NCBI GenBank assembly: GCA_951406725.2
Contig: OX597823.1
Location: 45,384,001-45,448,000, forward strand
From: Octopus vulgaris
Lineage: Eukaryota
Length of the DNA: 64,000 nt
Direction of reading: 5' to 3'
Below, one piece after another: positions 52,551-64,000 of the stretch. The notes below the pieces were generated by a model. That model had not been told where the DNA came from and ran no database searches. It was given only the letters and a program-made list of their open reading frames with translations. A program made the position numbers and the translations under genes. The stretch's first letter is position 1, and each line of letters begins with the position of its first letter.

Positions 52551-53129
52551 ATATATATATATAAATATATATATACAAATATGTATATATATGTATGTGT
52601 ATATATATATATGTATGTATGTCTATATCTATATATGTGTTTATGTATCTAGATATATATATATCTACATGTATATGTATGTATGTATCAATCTATCTAT
52701 CTATCTATATATATATATATATTAGGTAGAAAATATTTTAGTGGGGGAACGCATGTGTTTGGATATACACAGAAAGAGAAAAGAGATGAAAACACAAGAT
52801 TTGTTTTACAGAATTAAGGAGTATATTATAGTCATATCTTTATTATTTGGACTCTACTCCTTAGGCCTGTAAAACAAATCTGTGATTTTTCGTCTTTTCT
52901 CATTCTGTGTATATATATATATATATACAGTCCCCTCTCATCTCCTCTGTGAGTCCCAATATCTGTAGATCTTTTCTGATGTTATTCGCTATAGTAAAAC
53001 TGTTTGCAGTTATCCGATAACAACAAAATCCATCAACATGAATAGTCAACTAATGGCTGATACATGTTTTATCTATCCCAACACCCACCTCCTCCAAAAC
53101 TGAACAAACAGGAAAAGAATTCATTCTAC

Positions 53130-53246
53130 CTTTTCAGACCAATGTTGCCAGGTTCCCTGCTCAGATACAAGGTATTCAAAAATGGTATTGTCATCGTCAA
53201 CATCAGGTAGTGAAAGAGAACAATTGGTCTTTATAAATTCTTCCAG
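53130..53246 (-). CDS. DNAH5: Dynein heavy chain exon 3
   Basis: LEEFIKTNCSLSLPDVDDDNTIFEYLVSEQGTWQHWSEK; ttacAG/GTagaa; 117 nt; TIFEY...W.HW dynein motif. Confidence 0.92.
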
Positions 53247-54885
53247 CTGTAATTAGGTATTGAAACATAATAAAATATTTAAGATAATTAATTGTTATAG
53301 TCATCATTAACATCAAGACCATTGAAACCATCATCATAATAACGATCAATATCAATGCCAAAACCAACAATTACATTTCATTTGCACCATACTGATACCA
53401 GTTAGAGAGAAATGATAATATTCTAAGCTAATATTGTATATAATGGAACATGTGTTCTGAAACAAAGGCTTTATACTTAGTAACCTTCTAGATTCATCAA
53501 CATCATCATCATTATTATTATAATCAACATCATCATTTAATGTCCATTTCCCATGCTGGAGTGGGCTGGACAGTTTGGCAGAAAACTGGTAAGCTGAGGA
53601 ACTGCACCAGGTTCCAATCTGATTTGGCATGGTTTCTATGGCTGGATGCCCTTCCTAACACCAACCACTCTGAAAGTGTAGTGGGTGTTTTTACATGCCC
53701 TTGGTCAGGTGCCCGTTACTTAAAACTGACATCAGCCATGACAATGATCTCACTTGGCTTGACAAGGTTTCCCAGGCAATAATATATTGCCAAAAGTCTC
53801 AGTTACTTGTCATTGCACTTCCTAAACAAATAGAGTACGTGTTACAAACAGTGGTCCTTAGCAAGGCCCTTACAGATACAAAGCTGCAATGACAATATTC
53901 AGGAATACTATGTAGATGCAGACATGGCTGTGCATTAAAAAATTTGCTTTGCAACCATGTGGTTTCAGGTTCAGTCCTACTGCATGGCACTTTGGGCAAA
54001 TGTCTTATATTATAAAACCTTTCACTAGCCAATACTTTGTGAGTAGATTTGGTGAACAGAAACTGTATGGAAGCCCAGGAAAAGCTGTATAGTAAGAAGC
54101 CTGCTTCTCAACCTCATAGATGTTCAGAAAAGACATTCTATGTTGTGTTGGCTGTACAACATTTAGAAGTTAGAAATTGTGGACAGAGTCCAAAACAATA
54201 GAGATTTTCTTGATACACTTTATCATTGTTGAATAGCTTCAGTGAGTTCTGCTTGAGCAGTAATATTAAAAGGAGACAAGCCAGCTGAATGCTTAAAAGT
54301 AGCCAACATGTCTTATACTTCATATTTAATAAGTAAGCAGCCTGTATACCCCTACCATGCAGTGACTATTAGTAGACAAAAATAATTTTGCTATCCAGTG
54401 TTTTCAGTTATGTATATTCAAATGCTTTGATGTTGTCAAGGAGAGTCAAGTTGGCCTCAGTTTTAATTCTTTGAGATAAAATGTGATGTTAGTGTAAGCA
54501 ATCAATATTGCAACTATTTTTGTATTAATCTGATCAGGTGAAATATTTTGCAGCTATAAAATGCTGCATTGTCAGTGCTGTTATTGTTATTTAACCCCAG
54601 GTTGCCTCCAATTGAGCAGGTCTATGATCAAAGATGTTTCAGTAATGAATATCCTTGTCTCATTTTAATAGCTTTGATGACATTATCTAAAGTATTTTAA
54701 CAGCATTTCAAGGTGGAAAGGAGTAATCTGAGGAGATTTGGCTACTGTTTCTACCAAACCAAGTAACCACAGAAAGGATCTACCATTGTTGGCAATGGCT
54801 TTGGAAATTTTGCTTATAGTCTTAGTCAACTCTGATCTTAAGTCACTTATCCTTAAATCTAAAATGCAAAGTTCTGATTCATAAT

Positions 54886-55284
54886 ACTCTCTTTACTCTT
54901 TTACTCTTTTACTTGTTTCAGTCATTTGACTGCGGCCATGCTGGAGCACCGCCTTTAATCGAGCAACTCGATCCCGGGACTTATTCTTTTGTAAGCCCAG
55001 TACTTATTCTATCGGTCTCTTTTGCCGAACCGCTAAGTAACGGGGACATAAACACACCAGCATTGATTGTCAAGCAATGCTAGGGGGACAAACACAGACA
55101 CACAAACATACACACATATATATATATATATACATATATACAACGAACTTCTTTCAGTTTCCGTCTACCAAATCCACTCACAAGGCTTGGTCGGCCCGAG
55201 GCTATAGTAGAAGACACTTGCCCAAGGTGCCACGCAGTGGGACTGAACCTGGAACCATGTGTTTGGTAAACAAGCTACTTACCA
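54886..55284 (-). mobile_element. SINE family A copy, ~90 nt downstream of the exon 2 donor
   Basis: Reverse-complement match with repeated (tactcttt)n tail. Confidence 0.85.
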
Positions 55285-55372
55285 CGAGGATAAGGACAAA
55301 GATTTTGTTACTGGTTACTGAGAATTTATCAAATTGCTCAAAAATTTGTGAAAAGAGAAAAAGAATCCTTAC

Positions 55373-55537
55373 CTTTTGACGGTCAGAAATTTCCAACAGT
55401 GCACCGAGGGACCACATCATGGCAAAAACTATGAGGTTGTCTAAATGAGTGTGTGTAATATCTTTACGATCTTCCTCACTAGGAATCAAGCCTTCAAGAA
55501 GATCAATTGCTTGGCGGATATAATTACATTCAAGCAG
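55373..55537 (-). CDS. DNAH5: Dynein heavy chain exon 2
   Basis: LLECNYIRQAIDLLEGLIPSEEDRKDITHTHLDNLIVFAMMWSLGALLEISDRQK; tctAG/GTaagg; 165 nt; carries the dynein F.x.WS.GA motif. Confidence 0.93.
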
Positions 55538-56194
55538 CTAGAGATTTGAAAGAAATAAACAGAATTTTCAGTGATGGTGTGTTTAGAGGGAAGAATAATT
55601 TTGTAAATTTCTTGTACAGTGAGGAAGACAGTTGGATAAAGTTAACACCTACAAGTAACAACATCAGATAAAAACTCTTATTGGTTTAAATATCATCTAA
55701 ATCTACAGTCCTACTTCTCAACCAGAAATCAAGTTATTAAGCTTACAGCAGCTAGACTTGGTATTTATGTAGGATGCCTTAATATCTATATGTGATGTTT
55801 TACATATAAATATATATATATTTATATACCTTCATCATCATCATCATCATCATCTGGCATCTCTACATCATGTACATGCACACACACACATACACGCACG
55901 CACACAGGAGCAAACAACAATTTAGCTGTATGATATCTACTCATTTCACAATGATCAGCTGTGTTTTAACAATTTAACTTAATTTATATACTGTTGTGTC
56001 TGAGGAGAGATAGTCATTCTCTTTTAATGCCTTATAATTTAACACACTCACCAGTAAAATCTCCACTCATTTACTTATTTATTTTTCTAAAATTTTCTTT
56101 GTGTCTTGCAACTTTTTCAATAGTTGTTGACTGTGCGTTATTCAAGCTGCATTCACTTTCTTTGTTTGTGCGCATGCGCGTGGGTCAGATTGTG

Positions 56195-56790
56195 TATGCA
56201 TACACATGCATGTATGTATGTATGTATGTATGTATGTATGTATGTATGTATGTATGTATGTATGTATGCATGCATGTATATATGTATGCATGTATGTATG
56301 TATGCATACATGTGTGTGTATGTATGTATGTATGTGTGTGTATATGTATATATGTATGTATGTGTGTGTATATGTATATATGTATGTACGTGTGTACGTT
56401 TGTATGTATGTATTCTGCATATTCATGTTTGTGTGTTCATGTTTGTGTGTCTTTTTGTGTGTGTGTGTGTGTGTGTGTGTTTGCATGTGTGTGTGTATGT
56501 GTACCTCTGTTTCCTTGTGTGTACATGTCTGAGTGTGTCTGTGTGGGGGGTGTATGGGTTTTATGACTATGTACTGTGTCTGTATGTATGGATGTATATC
56601 TCCATATGTGTCCTTGTGTGACATGAAGTGTGTGTGTATAAGGTCATGTGTCTTCATTTGTGTATGAGTGTATATGAGTGCATGTCTGTTCATATAACCT
56701 ATGTATCTATCTGTCTGTATGTCTATCTGTTTACTTTCATATTTATATGCCTACATACATGTGCATACACACATACACATACATCTATCT
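56195..56790. repeat. (TATG)n/(TG)n low-complexity tract
   Basis: Direct reading. Confidence 0.92.
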
Positions 56791-57349
56791 ACATAACAGC
56801 CCACTAATTATTCTACCTGTATATAAATATAAACTGTGGGTATATGGGTATGATTGTTTACTATGTATCTTTCCTATTTAGTACTGGGTATGTTTCATTT
56901 ATGAGAACGTACTCCTGTATTTGTCTGAATGTTGGGTCCTTTGGGCGCTTGGATAAAAAGCGGATGTCAAGTTGACCCAGGTTGCCTCCATGTTGGTCCT
57001 TGGCGTGTTGGTAGAGTATGGAGGACAGTTTTTTTGTTGTCGTATTTTAGAGTTTATAATCAGGATACAGGCAGTGAGTGGGCAAAGTTACTGGGGTCTT
57101 AGAATGCACTGCAGTGTTTGTTCCAGTTCTCTGTGCATTGAGTTCAATTCCACAATGTCATTATTTCAGGGTCAATAAATAAAGTACTAGTCCACTGCTG
57201 GAGTTGATTCTTTTTCTCACACTCTTCCCCTTGAGAATAAATTGCTTGTGTTCAGGCCTGGAGAGAGAAGAGCTCTACCAGTTTTTGGCATCTCTATAAC
57301 TCCAACAGAAGTTAAAAGCTCCAGCCAGCCACCACTCAGGATATGTAAC

Positions 57350-57777
57350 TCCTTACTCTTTTTTACTCTTTTACTTGTTTCAGTCATTTGGTTGTGGCCA
57401 TGCTGGAGCACCACCTTTAGTGGAGCAAATCGACCCCAGGACTTATTCTTTGTAAGCCTAGTACTTATTCTATCAGTCTCTTTTGCCAAACTGCTAAGTT
57501 ACGGGGACCTAAACACACTAGCATCAGTTGTCAAGTGATGTTGGGGGGACAAACACCGACACACAAACATATACACACACATAGATATATGTATATATAT
57601 ATATATATATACATATATACGACGGGCTTCTTTCAGTTTCCATCTACCAAATCCACTCACAAGGCTTTGGTTGGCCCGAGGCTATAGTAGAAGACACTTG
57701 CCCAAGGTGCCATGCTGTGGGACTGAACCCGGAACCATGTGGTTGGTGAGTAAGCTACTTACCACACAGCCACTCCT
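57350..57777 (-). mobile_element. SINE family A copy
   Basis: Reverse-complement match to 8200-8608. Confidence 0.85.
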
Positions 57778-58598
57778 CTAATACTTATGCATTATTTTTA
57801 TCTATTTCATATATCCTTGATTATTGCCTCTGCTGTCTATTTTGTTCCAGTATAACTGTATGTTGAGGTAGACACCATGGCAGAACTAGGCAGAATGGAC
57901 TTGGATGGAAGGTATCAGTTATTGTTCTTCTGCTCTAGTTTCTGGTGGTCCAAACACAGTATTTACAGATATCACTGTTGTGAGTCTTTTACTGTGTGCA
58001 TGTGTTTAATGTACTGGGTCCTTTGTAAACTGGTTGGTGCTATGAAGGGCATCCAGCCATAGAAACCGTATCAAAACAGACAAGCAGAACCTGGTACAAC
58101 TCTCTAACTTGCCAGCTTTTATCAGACTATCTAGCCAATACTGGTATGGAAAACAGACGTTAAACAACGATATCAACTTTGGCAGTAGTAGTGACGATGA
58201 CGATGACAACAACGATCTGTTTTTGTGCTTGTTGAGTGAAAGAGAAGGATATTGTTCTTAAAGAACATCATTTTGGCATCATTTGTTTATACCTACTGCT
58301 TTTTTAAAAAATGTGCTGTGAATGCCTTGAGGGCATTTCCTTGGATGTTGTCAATAGACAATTGGTTTATTTCATTTCTTTATTCGATATCTATCGTTAC
58401 AAGAAGTGAGATTGTGCAGGTGATATTTTCAACATGTTTGTTTGAAGCCAGGTTTCAAACTGGTTGATCTAAAATTGGAGCTCCAGACTGATAGACAACT
58501 TCAACTGAATAATGGTTGCTGAGAAGTAACTACAAAGTCGAAGATATACAAAGTTGTGAGTTGGTTGCTATGAAATGTAAACAAGTCATACAGACATA

Positions 58599-58931
58599 AT
58601 TACCTCCGCCTTAGCAAAGTCCATGGACAAGATATCTCAAGAACCACTGGATTGAATCAGATGAAACTTTCAGGGATGTTTGGTCTCATGACTGACACAA
58701 ACTGATTAGATTTTGGGCTCGATCTGGTATTGGACAAAGATTCTGGATTATTTTTCCTGTTTTTTTTTTTACTTAATTTCTGAGAGCGGTCAGGTTCATT
58801 TTTAGCATTCTTGTTTGTGAGAGCAGTCGAATTTATTTCAGATATTCACATTTAAAAATTATCTCTGGCTAATCATTGAGAAGACATTTGTGTTGCCTTG
58901 GAAGAGCTTTGCGCTCTCTGAGTGCTCTTGT
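58599..58931 (+). mobile_element. Helentron/HINE (DINE-like) non-autonomous element
   Basis: 5' subTIR ttacctccgcc; degenerate 3' counterpart followed by terminal hairpin gcgctc-tct-gagtgc. Confidence 0.45.
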
Positions 58932-59914
58932 CCTACATGTTATATTGTAATCTACATAGCCTCAATAGCTTTAGCTATAGTTTACTCTTCAATGTTTCTT
59001 TGTTTCATATTATTTCTTAAACAGAACAACATACTATAATACTAAACACATCTTTAAAATATGACAATCAAGAAGTTTTAAGAAATAACAGCAAGATCTC
59101 CTTCAAGTCATGCACCCTATTGTCATGAGGAAAAGGATACATTGGCTAATGTATTCCAAGTTATACTATTACTGATTAAAATGATTGTAAGGTAATGGCA
59201 TTAAAGCTTTTGACCAAATATTAGTTCAATCAGAGCTGATTTAATGTTAAACAGCAAGAATAACACACCCACAAAAAATAAAAACTGGTGTATTATTGCT
59301 CAACTTATTAATCCTACATAAAATACAACAATAGCTTGTGTGGAATTTGTAATTTCACAGAAGCACTGGCATGAGGAATATCCATTCTATTTTAATTTAT
59401 ACCTATACAACCAACCCACACACTTGCAATGCACAATCAAAATTTAACAAATGATATTATAGAAATATTAAAATTTAATATTTTTTAAACTCAACTTCAA
59501 AAGAAGTTCCAAATAGATTGAATGTTATATATTGAATAACAATGATAATGACGATGGTACCAATGAATATCTTTACTGCTTCTGCTGCTACTGTGTTGCC
59601 TTCATCGCCACAGAGATTTGATTCATGCAATTACAACAGCTGTAGCTAGATATTTTTATAATTAACTTCGTACTACATGGATACAATATTTCAGATTTAT
59701 AAAAGAGAAAGTTCATGAGAATGTGTGGTGCTTATGCTTTTTTTTTTACATGAACTGATGACAGAAAATAAGTCAAATGATTAAAACTGGAACCCAAACA
59801 GCTGCATGGTTCAGCTTCACAAAAGATCTGTGTATCTTACACAGTTACTTTACTTCAATTAATGCTGAAAGTTAAAATAAGAAAACCAACAGTAATGAGA
59901 AAAGTTGAACTTAC

Positions 59915-60027
59915 TTTCATTTTTGGTGAAAGATTCTGAACTAAATATGAATAAATGATTGAGAAAGCATTTTCAAATGCATTGAATATGTGTTCACTCT
60001 GACTTGGAGGTCTAGTCAACAACCAGC
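59915..60027 (-). CDS. DNAH5: Axonemal dynein heavy chain (DNAH5/8-like) exon 1 of 15 in window
   Basis: Reads (G)WLLTRPPSQSEHIFNAFENAFSIIYSYLVQNLSPKMK; tttcAG acceptor and GTaagt donor; joins in frame to the next exon; resembles the DNAH5 segment ending QNLEYKME. Not in the ORF track. Confidence 0.8.
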
Positions 60028-63000
60028 CTGAAACAACAGATACAGATGGGAAGATTTTAGAAAATTTTTAACCAGTATTATATTTATAGCACAATATATC
60101 TATATATATATATATATATATTCTTTTATTCCTTTATTTGTTTCAGTCATTTGACTGTGGCCATGCTGGAGCACATGTGTTTGTGTGTGTGTGTGTGTGT
60201 GTGTATGCATTATCCAATCGCATATATATATATATATATATATATCAGAGGTGACTCCAGGTCATCAGTATCACTTGGGCTCATCACATATTTTGTATAA
60301 GACACATGTCTACTCGAAGAATTTCGCATTTTCCACAATATTTCTCACTCCAAATGGCTTATTCTTGTATATCTAGCTCTTTGACTTTCTCCATTTCTAA
60401 GTTAAGGGTAAAAATAAAGCAACCCTGCAAAACACAACTGATTTTTACATACAGACACCCAAAATAATAGCAATCAAATAACAACAGTGCCTGAGTTGCT
60501 GGATGATTTTTCATTCCTTTAAGAATATTGTAGAATGGAAACTTTTTATTGACTGGAGTTTAAATCCTAATCGCTATAGAAATTGATTGTTTCAAGAAAA
60601 AATTGAATTTTAATTACTTTTAATTTTTTTGATTATAGATAACAACTCAGGCCATAACATCTGAGCCACAAGTCAGGCATGTGTGAATGATGTCGAGAGA
60701 ATATCTACTGCAAATTATATTTCTTGACACAGGGCACCTCTAAGATGACCGCCAGATGCTGAATGAAAGTAGATTAACTGCAACCAGGCTCAATAAAAGG
60801 CGCCTGAGTTATTGGTTGCAATTACATACTTGAAGTCAGTGTTGGCAGAAATTGAATCAGCTTGCAAATACACATTAATTTTACTAAATTTAAGCTCAGG
60901 TTAAGCCTAAACAACCCAAGTCACCTCTGATATATATATATCTTGCTTCTGTATTGAGATTCCATATGATGTGCTGCAGCATGCCTTTGCTGATCTTGAG
61001 AAGGTCTCATAAACATGATGGAAATTAGATGATCTTAGTATTATTACAGAATTAAAAGTGAAAGAATAAAAGTGAAACAATATTATATTACATTACTATA
61101 TAAATCTTATTCTTTCACTTTGATACAGAATACTGAACCAGTGCCAATGTTATATTATTTTAACTCAAATTGAAAAAAAATACATATTGACACTAATGGC
61201 ATCTGATACTACTACCTTGTAAAATTTGATTTGATTTGGTCAAGCCATTTGAGAATATATGGAACAGACAGAAACACAGACAAAAAATTATTTTTATATA
61301 TCTCTCTCCTGCACTTTCAACAACAACCCTCACCACATTATTTTTCTATGAACTCACTTTCATATGAAGATCCTCTTACATCTGCCATTGACACTCTTGC
61401 CCATTTTTTGGTCACTCATTATATCACTGCACCCTGCTACGTGATTCTGACCTCTGTCTCTGTCTCACAGAACTCCTTCCTACTTTCCATCTCCCCGTGC
61501 CTTTATATGTACGGCCACTCATTACTTCCTCTCCTCTGATCCACATTTTCCTTTGCCTTCCCCTAAACTGATTATCATTACTGACCACACCTTTACTCGT
61601 GTTCATCATTCACCTCTATCTCCATCTCGTTCACTCTCCTTTGTCATTCTTGTCAACTTGCCCATCCAACCATCCCCCAGTCTCTGTCCCTTTCCTCTCT
61701 TTATCCAACATCTTGTACCTTGAATGTATGCCTTAACATCTTATCACCACCATCCTCTTTCCTCTTCTTGCTGAGGTAGCCATGTATCCCCTTTTTGGCA
61801 GGACACCAGTCCTTGTCTCCCTATCATATTTCAAACTCTGAACACTTGACAAATAAGCCATATTCCTCAATATTGAGTGCCCACTCTGTCAAAGGGTCTT
61901 GTATTTCAAGTCCCTTTGTAACCCCACTAGTCCAGGTACCACAAAGTACTATGTGCCATCTGTAAGATGGTTGGTGTTAGGAAGGGCATCTGGCCATAGA
62001 AACAATGCCAGAGCAAACATTAGAGCTCAATGCTGTCCTCTGGCTGACTGGATTCTGTCAAACCAGTCAACCCAAATCTGCCTGAAATATGGGCATTAAA
62101 TGATGATGATGATGATGATGATGATGATGTGCGCATGCCCTATTGGCCAGTACATAATCCTGCATCACCTCTCTAGAATATGGCTAGCCACAACAAACAC
62201 AAAGCTTTGAGAGGCTCACTTATGGTCATTGGCATTGCAAGTGGCTATTTACAGAGTTAAAAGTAATCACAAGAGACAGCTCATAAATCATAGCCAGTCT
62301 CCTCTCACCTCCAGCACCAAAAGGCAGCATCAAATAATCAATGAAATTAAATCAAATATGAATAATGCACCATCATCTAGGTGATTCTCCTGGCTATATG
62401 CAAAATATTTCATCATAACCTAATACTTATACAAATAGATTCTTCTTTATTTTGCTCTACATTTATGTATGTGCCTATGTATGCTCTTGTGTATATATAT
62501 ATATATATATATGCTTCTGTGTATGTGCTTCGCTGTGGGTATGTGTGTATGCTTTTCTGTGTTCATATGCTTCTGTGTGTGTATATGCTTTTGTGTGTAA
62601 GTATGCTTGTATAAGTGTATGCCTCCGTGTGTGTGTGAGTGTTTGTGTGTGTGTGTGTATGTGTGTGTTGTGAGAGGTCTTCTTTCTCAATTGCTTTTCA
62701 AAGTAGTTCAACCAGAAATAAGTTCCCTCTCTCTGTCTTTCTGTCATTCTTTCTTTCACTCTCTATCTCACTTTCTATCTGTCTGTCTGTCTCTTTCTCT
62801 ATTCCTCTCGTTCTCCCTCCTGGTTATAATTTACCTACCTGTTGTAGTATATAGTTCTTGATCCAGCAGACCTATTGTCAGTCATAACATTCCCATGTTT
62901 TTGTCAGGTATTGTGTATCTCAGACCACATCATACAAATATATACAATTTGCAGGCTTCTGCACAATTTCCATTTACCAAATTCACTCATTAGACATTGG

Positions 63001-64000
63001 TCAGCGTTGGGGTTATAGTAAAAGATACTTGCCCAAGATTTTGTACAGTGAGACTGGACCTAAATCTACTATCATTGATATGCTCAATCAACAATACCAC
63101 TTTTTCCTATATTTCTATACATGTTTCTTAACCTTAAAAATATGCTGTTGTAGACTCAAAGCTGAATTGCTAGACAGCTGTGCAGATGCCACTCTGAGAT
63201 CACTATAGTTTCATGTGACCAATCATCATCAAGCCATCACCCAATTCAAATTTCAAGAACCTTCTAAAGGATCTTATAAAAGGCAGATATTTTGACAGAA
63301 ATTTCAGAATACTGAGACAGTTTTAACAACTCCATTCTCATTTCTTCATTCTCCCATTCTCCAACTGTGCAGATTGGATGCACAGATTTGCCATCATGAA
63401 TTTAGCACAAAATCTCCCTAATTGTAATGGACTAGTCACAGGTCAACATGTTATATCTATTTTGTCATAGACCCCAGAGATTATCTTTCCCAGTGTTTAA
63501 GAATAACTATTTTTATTCTTCATTCAAAAACTAACACAAAAAAAAAAAACACTATATGCAGTAAATAATGCTTCTGTTAATTGCTTGTGAGTGTTGTTTA
63601 TCATTTTCCATACAGCCAACAAGCAAGCACAACCTCGAGAAAATGCTTTGTTGCCAAGATCTAACAAGATCAAAACTTGTCCACTGCTTTTAACATTTGA
63701 CTTTGAAAGCAAGATTCACCCACTGCATTCCCCTCCCCTCCATCTCCAACTTTCTGTTTTCACTCTAGCAAACGCACCTGCTCACTTATCCTTTCTAATC
63801 CTCAGTACCACTTCACATACATATAATTCACTGTAATTTGAGGGTACACTCCAGCATATCTTCTCTCTCTCCAGTTCCCTTTCCGAGTGGCCCACCCCTG
63901 TATCTCTTCTACAGTATGATACCTATAGGGTGTACAGTATGACACCCTACTTGGTGTTCTCACTAGTGCCAGTGCTACAAAAACATGCACCCAGTAATAT

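Noticed and set aside
60028-64000. Expected upstream dynein exon (ASPATVSR/AAA2 end)
   Set aside because: Not found on the minus strand by eye; probably beyond the window.

Overview
AT-rich, microsatellite-dense animal genomic DNA. The repeat families recall octopus/coleoid cephalopod repeats (recognition from memory, not verified). The backbone is part of an outer-arm axonemal dynein heavy chain gene (DNAH5/DNAH8 type) on the minus strand: 15 exons from 60027 down to position 1, with AG acceptors and GT donors, join in one open frame of 2189 nt (~730 aa). They cover the AAA2-AAA3 linker, AAA3 (Walker A GEQ|GTAKT, split by an intron) and AAA4 (GVGGSGKQ), and the gene runs off both ends. Introns hold tRNA-derived SINEs, RTE-like LINE tails, Dong/R4-type retrotransposon fragments (one in (TAA)n), a near full-length Hsmar1-like mariner, hAT/mariner/piggyBac MITEs, Helitron-type elements and a Penelope-like remnant. 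The most notable signal is a set of type I hammerhead ribozymes in several unrelated, microsatellite-anchored, head-to-head inverted elements clustered at 49.4-52.9 kb. Two of these are non-coding partial tandem repeats with 468-bp and 512-bp periods, as expected for retrozyme-like or Penelope-derived self-cleaving RNAs. Exon boundaries are exact; most repeat boundaries are approximate.
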